Shown: in pieces, positions 8,234 to 18,174 of the stretch
How the letters are laid out: each line of letters starts with the position of its first letter
How positions within the stretch are numbered: position 1 is the first letter of the stretch
NCBI GenBank assembly: GCA_049975265.1
Contig: JBNGDF010000023.1
Location: forward strand, 1-37,462
Source: Fidelibacterota bacterium
Lineage (GTDB): Bacteria; Fidelibacterota; UBA2242
Direction: 5' to 3'
DNA: 37,462 nucleotides
The notes under the pieces: generated by a model
Database searches by the model: none
Seen by the model: the letters and a program-made list of their open reading frames with translations, nothing else
What the model was told of the DNA's origin: nothing
Position numbers and translations under genes: made by a program

Positions 8234-9694
8234 TTATTCGCTGTTGGTCAGAACTATTTTCAACCCCACCGGTCGGTGATCTGAAATGGTAGTTTCATAA
8301 TCATTCCATCCACCGGGAAAATAATCATCAACCCGGATGGTGATTACGACTGTAGTGATTTGAGTAAAATCATTAAACAACTCATTTGTAATAATGATGT
8401 GATCGATGTGACTTGGCCAGGTGGGATATGACCAGTTCGTACTGCTTCCGAGCGCAATATTCATATCGGCAAATCTAAAATCCTGTGTCCGATCCAAAAA
8501 GGGTAGAAACACGTTGGAGTACTGGTTATCGGTCAGCTCGTCATTAAGATCACCTAAAACAACGACCCTGTCATCGGGAAAATTGGTCTGAATATAGTGA
8601 ACGAGCAGCTCGCTGGCTTCGGCGCGCCGCTCCCGGCTCTCATCGTCGTCATAAGCTTTGTAATGATTATTGATAACAATAATGGGAATAGTCTGCCAGC
8701 GTCCCCGCAACACCAGAGGACTTCGCGGAAAAGCATTTTCTCTTCGGTAAATTTCATAAATCGTATCGACGGCAAACGACTGGATATTGTACAGATAGGC
8801 GAGATTAATGTCGCCATAGGCGGAAGAGGCTCTGAAACCCAAATATTCACTCAGTGAATCTACCAGCGTCAGGAAGTCCGAACCCGATTGAATCTCCTGC
8901 AGGGCGATCAGATCAACATGCAGAGATTTTACGGCACGTGCCAGACTCGTAATCGTGGTGCCGTTTCTCTTTGGGAAATTCTCTATATTCCAGGTCAGCA
9001 CTTCAAAACTGTTCGCACTGCCGAAATAGAGATTCTCCAGACTGAGTTCCGAGCTCAACTTCAATCGGACAACCGGACTCGGCAGTGAAACGCTACTCCC
9101 GGCAACAGCAGAAATGCGGTAGGCAACCGAATCCCGGCTGGAGCCGGCGCGATCCACAAATTCGGTATGGTTGGCGTCAATAAGCTGATAGCCTGAAAGC
9201 CAGTCACCCTCACCGGTCTTTTTATCAATTGCAAAACTCTCTTCGCCGATGCTGTTATCACGCCAGCAGATCAGGAAATCGGTTTCGTCAATCTGCCTGC
9301 CGCAGACCCCGGTCGGTTGGCAGGTAGAGTCAATATAGGCACGGATTTCTGAAAAGTCCGACGTATCGTCCACCGTGTATGCACGCAGACGGAAAGCTAC
9401 GATCCGACCGGGTATCAGCTCCACCGAATCGCTGAAACTAGCTGTTCCGGATGGAAAATTCCGGTAGTAGTCATTCCACGGCTCTTCACCGACTTTGCGG
9501 GAGAGCACGACACCCTCGATCTGTTCACTTTCAGGATTCTGCCATGTAATGTTTAATTCGTGTCCGCTCAAGCGGCTGACTGCAAGTATTGTCGGTGCCG
9601 GTGGTTTTATCTGATTATTCCCATGATGGTCACAGGACGTGGTCAGCATGATTGCGATAATATAAAACCAATAAAAGATTCGATTCATCGGCAA
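8234..9694 (-). CDS. Lipoprotein with two FN3-like domains and an endonuclease/exonuclease/phosphatase (DNase I-like) domain
   Basis: 'LTTSC' lipobox; FN3-like 'PPAP...LNITW...FRLRAY' and 'PTGV...W.DNS..E..F.I...YRISA'; complete EEP motif set TWNIENF, LQEI, NHYKA, GDLND, IDHI, SDHRPV. Start is TTG 9694 or ATG 9688. Confidence 0.92.
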   Translation of the reverse strand: MPMNRIFYWFYIIAIMLTTSCDHHGNNQIKPPAPTILAVSRLSGHELNITWQNPESEQIEGVVLSRKVGEEPWNDYYRNFPSGTASFSDSVELIPGRIVAFRLRAYTVDDTSDFSEIRAYIDSTCQPTGVCGRQIDETDFLICWRDNSIGEESFAIDKKTGEGDWLSGYQLIDANHTEFVDRAGSSRDSVAYRISAVAGSSVSLPSPVVRLKLSSELSLENLYFGSANSFEVLTWNIENFPKRNGTTITSLARAVKSLHVDLIALQEIQSGSDFLTLVDSLSEYLGFRASSAYGDINLAYLYNIQSFAVDTIYEIYRRENAFPRSPLVLRGRWQTIPIIVINNHYKAYDDDESRERRAEASELLVHYIQTNFPDDRVVVLGDLNDELTDNQYSNVFLPFLDRTQDFRFADMNIALGSSTNWSYPTWPSHIDHIIITNELFNDFTQITTVVITIRVDDYFPGGWNDYETTISDHRPVGLKIVLTNSE

Positions 9695-9715
9695 TTATGG
9701 AATGCAGGAACGGAA

Positions 9716-11350
9716 TTAGCCACCAATTTCCTTCCAGCGACCGTCGGTAGATGGGGTAATCGGTGAGTTATTCTTAATATAATCAATCAATGCCTGGCGC
9801 AGCAGAATGCCGGTGTAGTTGATTTTGCTCGGCTCCACTTCCAGCAGGCGGTCATACCCGGAGTTTCCTTCCGCCAGATAGTCGGAAACTGCCAGTGAAT
9901 AGACGCGATCATCTTCAACAGGAGTGCCGTCAATTTGGAAACGGACAACCCTGGAGCGATTGGGTTTTGAGCGGTCTATTTCTATCCGGACACCGGAAAC
10001 CAGCATGCCGCGGCTGCTTCCCGAGACACGATCCTCTACCAGCTCTTTGAGAAAACCGCCGGTCACTTTTACCACGACGATGCGGTTACCGAAAGGCATG
10101 ACAGAAAAGATATGACGCGGTGTGATTGCGCCGGCGGAGATGTCTGCTCTTACACCTCCGAAATTGGAAAAGGCGATGTCGGCGTTGGTGGCGGCGCACA
10201 TGGCATCCACAACCAGATTACCCATGGGTGATTCACCGCTGCCGGCGCGGGAAATCGGTCCGGTAGCCGAACCGATAATTTCATCGAATCCGGCTTCAGC
10301 TTCGCGAACCCATTTGTCAATCTGTTTGGCAATATTTGTATCGGGTAAAAAGTCGTCTTCAAAAAGGGTGAATATCGCCCCTTCATCGCTGACAAAATCG
10401 TAGCCCGCCAGAGTCCCGGTTTCCCGATGAATATACAAATTAACATGTCCCAGATTGCTGCCGTTGGCATAATTCTGAAAAATCAGGGTGTGATTCAGTG
10501 GGTCTTCCCAGGGTTCATAGAATCCGCGGTGCAGATGCCCGGAAAACATGACATCAATACCCGGCACCCGGTGGGCGATCTCCTGGGCGCTGGAGCCATA
10601 ATCGGCAGGCACTTCACCGTCGGCGCGCCGAGCCATCATCGCCTTGTAACCCTCTTCGGGATTGTACGCCAGCCAGGCATGGGTGACCACGATGATCATG
10701 TTGACGCCCTGTTCTCTTAATTCAGGAATATATTTCCGGATTCCTTCCACCTCAGGACGAAAATCCAAACCTTTGACATGCTCCGGAAAACTCATTTCCG
10801 GTGTCGAAGTCAGGGTCGTGCCGATTATTCCGATTTTAATACCCTGAATCTCTTTGATGATGTACGGTTTAACAAAATCAACCAGTTCTCTGCTATCTTC
10901 GTTATAGAGATTGGACGCCAGAAAGGGAAAATTCGCCATTTGTGCCAGTTCACGCAGATTTTCCCAGCCGTTATCGAAATCGTGATTGCCCACCGCCAGA
11001 GCATCATATTCCACGGTATTCATATATTCTATAATGGCTTTACCGGCGGACTTGGTTCCAATCGGTGTGCCTTGATAAATATCACCGGCGTCGAGTAGCA
11101 GAAAGCCCCAGCCGTTTTTCTCAACCTCCGTCCTTTTCTGCAAAATATAGCGTCCGGCAACGGCGCCGCCGCCCAGCATGGGTGGAAAATCGGGATTGAT
11201 AAAACTGGCTTCCCGCCGGTCAATGCCCCCATGAATATCATTGGTAAAAATGGTAACGACTTTTAAAAATTCATCATCGGGGTATTTCTGGCTGAACCCT
11301 GTAACCGGGACAAGAATTAATAAAAATGATATGATGAATATGCGTTTCAT
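9716..11350 (-). CDS. Secreted 5'-nucleotidase / UDP-sugar hydrolase (UshA-like metallophosphoesterase with C-terminal domain)
   Basis: Signal peptide; TNDIHG, DAGD, GNHDFD, SGHLH metal-binding motifs; C-terminal 'ESPMGNLVVDAM', 'NFGGVRA', 'MPFGN', 'DYLAEGNSGY'. Confidence 0.95.
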   Translation of the reverse strand: MKRIFIISFLLILVPVTGFSQKYPDDEFLKVVTIFTNDIHGGIDRREASFINPDFPPMLGGGAVAGRYILQKRTEVEKNGWGFLLLDAGDIYQGTPIGTKSAGKAIIEYMNTVEYDALAVGNHDFDNGWENLRELAQMANFPFLASNLYNEDSRELVDFVKPYIIKEIQGIKIGIIGTTLTSTPEMSFPEHVKGLDFRPEVEGIRKYIPELREQGVNMIIVVTHAWLAYNPEEGYKAMMARRADGEVPADYGSSAQEIAHRVPGIDVMFSGHLHRGFYEPWEDPLNHTLIFQNYANGSNLGHVNLYIHRETGTLAGYDFVSDEGAIFTLFEDDFLPDTNIAKQIDKWVREAEAGFDEIIGSATGPISRAGSGESPMGNLVVDAMCAATNADIAFSNFGGVRADISAGAITPRHIFSVMPFGNRIVVVKVTGGFLKELVEDRVSGSSRGMLVSGVRIEIDRSKPNRSRVVRFQIDGTPVEDDRVYSLAVSDYLAEGNSGYDRLLEVEPSKINYTGILLRQALIDYIKNNSPITPSTDGRWKEIGG

Positions 11351-11355
11351 GAGGT

Positions 11356-12696
11356 TTAAAATGAATATTTTAGGGTTAACATGCCTATCAGATAGGTTTC
11401 GCGAACCGAATCGAATTTCAGCCGCTCCTCACCGACGATGGGAAACAGATCGGGATAGTCGTATTCCGATTTCGCGAAAGCGCCGGAAACATCCAGCGCC
11501 AGGTTGCCCCAGAGATAGCCGGTTCCGGCAGTGAACCAGTTGCGATCCATACCGGCATCAATGGGATTGGGATCGTGATAAAACCCCATTCTGAAAGGGA
11601 CATCGGAGAGAAAGATGTGCTCGACAGCGACATGTATCTTGAGAACGTCTCTTAAAGGATAACTTGAAGTGTATAGATCCACCGGGAAAGAGGATGGAAG
11701 TCCCTCATTCCGAAACTCGTAATCCACCTTCGCCTTTGACCAGGGCTGATAGACGGCTTCCAGATAAAAAGCGGTTTTGATGATATTCTGCGGCTCGTAT
11801 TTCAGGCTCAGGTGCAATTCAGACGGACGCTTATAGTCGGCGCTTTTAATTTGCCGGGTGGAATCGATGGCGAAAACCGGCAGCAGACTCGTCGTATCGT
11901 GGACGAGATGGAACAAGCCGTCTTCAACAGTGGCATCATATCGAGATTTGTAGGCGGCGGCAAGGCTCGTATGGCGGTTGACATCATAGGATATCCCCAG
12001 GATTACATTTTTCAGAGCCGCGATCGTCGGTTTGGAACGGTAGGAAACCGTCTCCTCAGCAGCGAGATTGGTGCTACTTCTGATCACCTCGACTTCGTAT
12101 CGGTCCTCATATTCGGAGGGCAGTTGAATCTGAAAAGTCGCGGCAATCCGGAGCGGATTGAACAGTCGGTAGGCGCTGCCGATGGTCAGCTGCGCATCGT
12201 TGCCGGTACTGCTCAGGCGATGATAACCCACCAGCGGATCACGATTATATTGTCCATAAACCGATCCCCTTACCTCCTCTTCGTAGCGAAAATTCCGGTT
12301 GGCGAATTGCTGAAACGCCAGCCCGAGATGCAAACGATCGAGAAGACGGTAGTTCATACCGATCTGGATCCCCGGATACCAATTGGCATTTACCACATAG
12401 GTATTGTCGGCTAAAAAATCGCCGAAACTGTCCTGAACGGGAAAAGAGCGTTTCTCGTTGATGGAATTGCCGTTCATTCCGAAATAGACAGCTACTTTTC
12501 TGTCGGAAAGGGCGATCAACGCCGGATTTGTGAAAAGCGCCGCCGCCGATCCTGAATTACCCCAGGAGGAAAAACCAACCCCAATCTGCCGGGTACTGGT
12601 AACCGCCGGCAAATCTCCGATCAGGGGACTGAAGAAACTCTGACCCCGGAGCGAAGCCAATAACATTAAAAAGATCATTAATAATCGCTGTTTCAT
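11356..12696 (-). CDS. Outer-membrane beta-barrel protein, FadL/OmpP1/PorV-like
   Basis: Signal peptide; N-terminal hatch-like 'AALFTNPALIAL'; alternating aromatic strands; terminal beta-signal 'LTLKYSF'. Confidence 0.75.
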   Translation of the reverse strand: MKQRLLMIFLMLLASLRGQSFFSPLIGDLPAVTSTRQIGVGFSSWGNSGSAAALFTNPALIALSDRKVAVYFGMNGNSINEKRSFPVQDSFGDFLADNTYVVNANWYPGIQIGMNYRLLDRLHLGLAFQQFANRNFRYEEEVRGSVYGQYNRDPLVGYHRLSSTGNDAQLTIGSAYRLFNPLRIAATFQIQLPSEYEDRYEVEVIRSSTNLAAEETVSYRSKPTIAALKNVILGISYDVNRHTSLAAAYKSRYDATVEDGLFHLVHDTTSLLPVFAIDSTRQIKSADYKRPSELHLSLKYEPQNIIKTAFYLEAVYQPWSKAKVDYEFRNEGLPSSFPVDLYTSSYPLRDVLKIHVAVEHIFLSDVPFRMGFYHDPNPIDAGMDRNWFTAGTGYLWGNLALDVSGAFAKSEYDYPDLFPIVGEERLKFDSVRETYLIGMLTLKYSF

Positions 12697-15288
12697 TTAA
12701 AACCTATAATCGAGTTGAATTCTAAAATCCGACGTGGATCGTTCGTAATATACCTCCCGCACTCCGGGATCGTTTTCATCAACGCCGTCAGCACCGGTGT
12801 CTACCAAGCCGCCGACGATATTGGTCATGGGATCGTGCAGATCGAAACTGTATTTAAGGCGGATGGAGAAATCCCGTGACAGTCGCGAAAAGGCGGATAT
12901 CCAGCCGTGCAGCGCCCGGGTATCGGAATTGAAAATCCTGAAATCCGTATCCTCAAAATTCCATAAAAAACCCTTGTAGGTCATCAGAGAGCCCATAAGC
13001 TTTATCCGCTCATTCACATTATGCGTGAGGGTTAATCCGAGGGCATCACTGGGTGAACCGGCATTTCCGACGTAAGAGGCTTCACCGGTGGCGGCGTTGG
13101 TCACCAGACGCGAACGCGGGGTGAATTCGGTGAAACCCAGCGAATAGAGCACCCGAATCTGGTTATAGTTGGACAGCCGGACAATCGCCTCCAGCCGCGT
13201 CTCATTCGCCTGATAAAACACCGGTGAAAGGGTATTGGTTTTATCCCTATGTTGCCATTTCTGGCGGATTCTAAAGCGGTATTTGAACACCGGTCGGTAT
13301 TCCAGATTGAGTACCGTGCGGTAATACTGGGCGTTGTCGGCAACTCTGCGCCAGATGTCCTGCTCGGCGGTCATGACCAGCGTGCGGTGCATCTGATAGC
13401 GGGTCGTAAAATAGAACCCCCGTTCGGCTTGGGGCTGGGCGCTGGCGGAATAGAGATAACCAAGAACCGGATCTTTCAGATAGTAAACATCTTCGTAGAT
13501 GGTACCTTTGAAACGATGGTAATTGCTGTATGAGCGCTGATAGGGATTATCGAACTCAAGATCATAATCCCGGTACAGGAGCAGAAAATTAAAGTTGTCA
13601 AACTGCATATATCCCGACAGAACCAGTGCGTGAGGATCGTTTTTCCGCTTCGATAATGACAGGTCTTTATCGAGTTCGGCATATTCACCCTGCAGGGATA
13701 CATTCCGCACAACGGACATAAACTCAATGCCATAGACCCGGCGAACCGCCTGCGCCGCTGACCAGAGTGATGATGTTGCAGAAGAAATGTAGGTTGCGGC
13801 GATTTCGGAATCGGCGGAATTCCCGATCTGGGTCAGATAGCGACTGAGTCCGTCGTCGTTCAGGAGCGTTTCTCTGACCTGTAAATCCATTTCCCGGTCG
13901 TACATGCTCTGGTGCAAGGTGAATCCGAGATATGTCCCCGGCAAAAAGGAGTATTTCAGATTGCCGCCGAGCATCAGTTCCCGAACGGAGTTTACCATGG
14001 GCATCGCGATTTCATTGTATAGCCCATGCTGCATCCGTGGATACATCGTGATCAGGGTTGAAAAAGAGCTGTCCGTGTTGACAACGGCATCGCGGGAGGT
14101 GTAGGAGACAAGTCCGCTTCCAATCAGGTTGCCGATTTGCGATTCCAGGGCAACCCCGCGCAGACCATACTGGGTTGTCCGCGAGGCATTCCCACTGATC
14201 CCGTTCAGGCGTTTGCGCCAGCCGTAGCCGGTTTTGCGGGGCATGAAAAAATCGGTGGCTTCAAGAGTCACTCCCTCACCGAAAGAGGCAATATAATCAC
14301 CGACGATAATCCGGTTGAGCCGCATGAACCCGAGGTTGATGTTGTTGGCTTCGAAAAAGGCTTTAAATTCAGGATAATGCCATGATTTTGGAATATATTT
14401 CCCAACTGCATCATCAATCTTTTCATGATTATCAACAAATTTGTTTAATTTATTAAAAGTAATATCATGATAGATTGTCTTTTCGCCCATATTCCGCAAA
14501 TAAGAGGTCTCCAGGCGGTACTTCGTGCCCCAGTGCAAGCGGAGTTTGTAGTAAATATCCAGCGGATGATCCAATTTGATAAATTCGGTATAGGATTCGG
14601 CATCGTCACTGGGTGTCTGACTGAGTGAAATATTTTTTACTACCGACGAATAACTTCCACCGAAAGCGTGCTTATCAACGCCATCTTCATAACGGATAAA
14701 ATCCTCCAGGTTGGAGAAACCGTAGTAAGAAAGATTATTCGTTCCCCTCAGGTCGCTGCGATTGTTGATCTTACCCTGTCTCTGTCGTCTCACCACGGCG
14801 ACAGCATCGATAGGCGACAGCCCGGCTAAATTGAGCAGATCGAAATAGCCGATGGTGTTGACATCCACCGGATTGTTCAGCATATCAATCCAGGTATTGA
14901 CGAAATTTTCGCTGGCGCCGTCGTCGGAAATCCACTGCTCGACCTTGTAGTAATTATCCTCCACCCGCTGTTGTGACTCCGACAGAAATACGGGTGTCAA
15001 CTTTGTCATCTTTTTTAATTGTAGAAAAGTAGCATAATCGATGCTTTTAATTTTCCGCAGATCGTAGATACTCTTGAAAGGTCCGATATATTCACGGTAT
15101 TCGAGAATATCCAGCAGTTGTCTTTCCGTGATGGGCAGTGTGGCGATTTCCGTCTGTGAAGAAGTGTTCAGATCGACCTTTTCCAGCGAATCTGCCAGCA
15201 GAACGCCGGAAATAAGCAATACTGAGCAGGCGATTACCACAAAGAATCCGATGAATGTATGGATGACTTGATTGCGTCTCTGTTTCAT
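12697..15288 (-). CDS. Protein with two ComEA-like helix-hairpin-helix modules and a large probable C-terminal beta-barrel
   Basis: Signal peptide; 'KVDLNTSSQTEIATLP...ILEYREYIGPFKSIYDLRKIKSI' and 'PVDVNTIGYFDLLNLAGLSPIDAVAVV...GKINNRSDL'; about 650 aa rich in amphipathic strands ending 'FRIQLDYRF'. Confidence 0.85.
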   Translation of the reverse strand: MKQRRNQVIHTFIGFFVVIACSVLLISGVLLADSLEKVDLNTSSQTEIATLPITERQLLDILEYREYIGPFKSIYDLRKIKSIDYATFLQLKKMTKLTPVFLSESQQRVEDNYYKVEQWISDDGASENFVNTWIDMLNNPVDVNTIGYFDLLNLAGLSPIDAVAVVRRQRQGKINNRSDLRGTNNLSYYGFSNLEDFIRYEDGVDKHAFGGSYSSVVKNISLSQTPSDDAESYTEFIKLDHPLDIYYKLRLHWGTKYRLETSYLRNMGEKTIYHDITFNKLNKFVDNHEKIDDAVGKYIPKSWHYPEFKAFFEANNINLGFMRLNRIIVGDYIASFGEGVTLEATDFFMPRKTGYGWRKRLNGISGNASRTTQYGLRGVALESQIGNLIGSGLVSYTSRDAVVNTDSSFSTLITMYPRMQHGLYNEIAMPMVNSVRELMLGGNLKYSFLPGTYLGFTLHQSMYDREMDLQVRETLLNDDGLSRYLTQIGNSADSEIAATYISSATSSLWSAAQAVRRVYGIEFMSVVRNVSLQGEYAELDKDLSLSKRKNDPHALVLSGYMQFDNFNFLLLYRDYDLEFDNPYQRSYSNYHRFKGTIYEDVYYLKDPVLGYLYSASAQPQAERGFYFTTRYQMHRTLVMTAEQDIWRRVADNAQYYRTVLNLEYRPVFKYRFRIRQKWQHRDKTNTLSPVFYQANETRLEAIVRLSNYNQIRVLYSLGFTEFTPRSRLVTNAATGEASYVGNAGSPSDALGLTLTHNVNERIKLMGSLMTYKGFLWNFEDTDFRIFNSDTRALHGWISAFSRLSRDFSIRLKYSFDLHDPMTNIVGGLVDTGADGVDENDPGVREVYYERSTSDFRIQLDYRF

Positions 15289-16196
15289 TTTTTCGTAAAT
15301 CGATATCCCAGGCTGAATTGATGCGTTTCCGGTAATACGGGGTGGCTGATATAGGCATAATCGACCATGACACCGAATTTTTCCACTCCAAAGCCAAAGC
15401 CGATGCGGTTCGGCTCGGTATTGACGCCGGCACGCAGCATCAGCCAGGGCGCAATCCGGTACTCAATTCCGGCACGGTACTGGGTTTTGTGATTACCGAT
15501 CGCCTGATAAACCATAAAATCGGTTTTCAAACCGTAATAGGGTTCATACCCGAACCCCACGGCGAGGCTGCGCGGCAGGCGCGAACTGGTAGCGGCGCTG
15601 CCCATTTCCGGACTGTTGATATTTTTGACATAAAGCGCCACCCAGCTGCGTTCGTGCAGGCTGCCGGCGATCGCCAGGTCGACACCAAAAGCGAAACCGC
15701 TGCCCAGATTCAGTCCGTCGCTGCCATCGCCGGTGATACCGGCGGATTTACCGTAATCCACCTGATACAGATTGACCGTATAGCCAAATGCCAGTGTGGA
15801 GATCAAATCCTTTTGCAGATAGAAGGCGTGCGCCATGCTGAAGGCATTTTCCGAACTGAGCAGATGCCCTCCGGAACGGCTGGAGCTGCCCTGATATCCG
15901 ATTGCGACGCTCCCGATTTTCCCAACAGGCAGGGCGATGGCACCCAGCTGCGTCGAGAAAAAGGATAATCCGTAGGGTTTATAAAAAGCCGTCACCACTT
16001 CCACTCCCTGCAGGCGACAGAGACCGGCGGGATTGATGAACAGCGCCCAGGCGTCGTCGGCAGTCGCCAGATTAGCGGAACCTGTCGCACTGACGGTGGG
16101 GGCAATCTCCGTAACTGTGGTAAATACCTGCGCATATCCCGGAAAGAACAGTGCAACTGTCATAAGGGCAATGAATAATTTGTTCAGTTTCATCAA
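15285..16196 (-). CDS. PorV/PorQ/PorP-like outer-membrane beta-barrel
   Basis: Signal peptide; 'DDAWALFINPAGL'; 'GIEYRIAPWLMLRAG', 'VDYAYISHPVLPETHQFSLGYRF'; overlaps both neighbours by 4 nt. Confidence 0.78.
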   Translation of the reverse strand: MMKLNKLFIALMTVALFFPGYAQVFTTVTEIAPTVSATGSANLATADDAWALFINPAGLCRLQGVEVVTAFYKPYGLSFFSTQLGAIALPVGKIGSVAIGYQGSSSRSGGHLLSSENAFSMAHAFYLQKDLISTLAFGYTVNLYQVDYGKSAGITGDGSDGLNLGSGFAFGVDLAIAGSLHERSWVALYVKNINSPEMGSAATSSRLPRSLAVGFGYEPYYGLKTDFMVYQAIGNHKTQYRAGIEYRIAPWLMLRAGVNTEPNRIGFGFGVEKFGVMVDYAYISHPVLPETHQFSLGYRFTKK

Positions 16197-18172
16197 AATT
16201 TTACTCCTATCACAACCGGGGCAATGTCATAGGCGGATTTTCCGGTAGTTCGATTGGTAGATTCCAGATGAAAAATATAGGTACCGGGGCTCACCAGCTC
16301 GTTTAGTTCGTTGCGTCCGTCCCAGGTATTTTCTTTTTTCCAGGAGAGGGCAAAATAATCGTCTTCCAGGGATATTACAAAGCGTCCCGCCATATCATAA
16401 ACCCGCAGTATGACCCGGGAATTCGAGGGATATTCATAGGAATAGTGGATCACTTCGCCGAGTTTCGGTACAAAGGGATACGGCGCCACCGTCAGCTTTG
16501 TTCGCTCCTGACCGGGTTCGCCGGGAATCCAGGGCTGCACGTCCTCCGCGTAACCCAGCAGGATCTGTGCTTCGCTGTTATAAAGACTGACAACGCCTCT
16601 GATCTCTACCATATTTCCCGTCGTCAATAACGAATCCAATTCATCATTGACAATCTCCCTCAGGCTGTTCACCAGTACATTGGCGGAATTCCAGATGCGG
16701 ACAGTGGTGCGACCGGTGACATCCTCGATAATGATATTGGAACCGCCGCCGATATTATCCGCCCGTTCCGCCACAGTGCCGTTGATTGTCAGATAAGTGC
16801 CCTCATAATCGGTGGGAGCGCTGTTCAGCGCCGCAATGGGAACGGTAACGACGCCGGGAATGGGTCTCGAAACGGCAATGACCGTATAATTGGAAGACCA
16901 TCCGGTCAATTCGATGATACCTCCGTATTCTTCAAGAGTACCGGTAATTTCAATAGAATCGCCTCTGGTCAGATCAGTAAGGTTATAATCGAATAGATTC
17001 AAACCTGATCCGGATTGATCCTGCATATAAGCTGAAGTCCGGTCGTTTCGCAAAATACCCGCACCAATGGATACTACGCCGGTCAGCGTGACGGTCTCAC
17101 CCTCCCACTCGTCCCAATTATCTCGAATGGTTTGAATCGTGAGTTCCGGTTGCGGTTCTGCAACAGTGATTTGACCGATATTGGTACTGTTTTCCAGTCC
17201 GGTATCATCAACGGCGCGGATATAGTACGTCAGCACCCCGGCAGAGTTCAGGGGTCCGATGGTTACCTCATAGATACTCCCGACCAAACTCATCTTCGCC
17301 GTCAGCCAGTCGCCATCAAGTTTATAAAACAGCATGACGGTATCAACCGCGCTATCATCAGTAATATTGCAGTAAAATGTGATTTCATCATCCGAGGTCG
17401 GATTTTGCGGAGAGTAATAGGGCTGATCAAGTTGCGGCTTCGTATTAGCGACAGCGACGATCTGCCAGGTCTCCGTAAAGTGTTCGGAGGTTTCATCGTG
17501 CCCGGTGATTCCGTTGCCGCCGGAGGCAATTTCGCTGCCTTCACCATTGATACGCTGAAATTTTTCATCAACAACATGTGCCTCCACGTATTCCTGCTGG
17601 CTGATCGGAGTATCATCATTATAGCCTGAAACGTCACTTTTATCCACACAGTGCAAACGACTGCCCCACACCAGATAATCCACGTCCTTGACTGTCGCGG
17701 CGGTTCCATCCCAGTAAAAAAGAATCAGCGATTCCTGAATGTCGTCGAGATAGACCGGAGCTCCGCCGATGCTATTGGTTCCGTCAACTGCCTGACGGAA
17801 ATTATTCTTAATTGACAGGTCCGCCTTTTCACTGTAGTAATTATTAAACTTCGCGCTGTCAACTGCAACAGTGATACTGCTTCCGGCAGTCAAAATAAAA
17901 CCATCAGGAAAACGAGCCGTAAAATCAGTCGCCGACCCGCTATGGTAATTACTGCCTGACGGTAGATTGTAGTAAAATTTCCCATTGACGGTATCGACAG
18001 CATCGGTCAAATAATAATTGCTCATGTCCACATTCTGACTGGTAGGATTTTTAATCTGAATATATTCCCCATCGCCGGGTGTGATGACGATTTCGGAAAA
18101 AATCAGATGGTCCGGTGCCGCCTGCATGAGCAGCGGAATGAACGTCATTAAAAGGACTGGAGTTTTTTTCAT
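16193..18172 (-). CDS. Secreted protein: lamin-tail-like domain, Ig-like domain, OB-fold pair, FlgD-like C-terminal sorting domain
   Basis: Signal peptide; 'HLIFSEI...GEYIQIKNPT..VDMSNYYLTD' lamin-tail pattern; 'TIQTIR...EGETVTLTGVV...AYMQDQSGSGLNLF...GDSIEITGTLEEYGGIIEL' OB pattern; 'VYDMAGRFV...WDGRNELNELVSPGTYI'. Confidence 0.82.
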   Translation of the reverse strand: MKKTPVLLMTFIPLLMQAAPDHLIFSEIVITPGDGEYIQIKNPTSQNVDMSNYYLTDAVDTVNGKFYYNLPSGSNYHSGSATDFTARFPDGFILTAGSSITVAVDSAKFNNYYSEKADLSIKNNFRQAVDGTNSIGGAPVYLDDIQESLILFYWDGTAATVKDVDYLVWGSRLHCVDKSDVSGYNDDTPISQQEYVEAHVVDEKFQRINGEGSEIASGGNGITGHDETSEHFTETWQIVAVANTKPQLDQPYYSPQNPTSDDEITFYCNITDDSAVDTVMLFYKLDGDWLTAKMSLVGSIYEVTIGPLNSAGVLTYYIRAVDDTGLENSTNIGQITVAEPQPELTIQTIRDNWDEWEGETVTLTGVVSIGAGILRNDRTSAYMQDQSGSGLNLFDYNLTDLTRGDSIEITGTLEEYGGIIELTGWSSNYTVIAVSRPIPGVVTVPIAALNSAPTDYEGTYLTINGTVAERADNIGGGSNIIIEDVTGRTTVRIWNSANVLVNSLREIVNDELDSLLTTGNMVEIRGVVSLYNSEAQILLGYAEDVQPWIPGEPGQERTKLTVAPYPFVPKLGEVIHYSYEYPSNSRVILRVYDMAGRFVISLEDDYFALSWKKENTWDGRNELNELVSPGTYIFHLESTNRTTGKSAYDIAPVVIGVKF

Positions 18173-18174
18173 AA

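Noticed and set aside
12697..15288. Canonical comEA competence gene
   Set aside because: At 863 aa with a barrel-like C-terminus it is far larger than ComEA, and no comEC, pilin or dprA genes are nearby; no gene symbol assigned.
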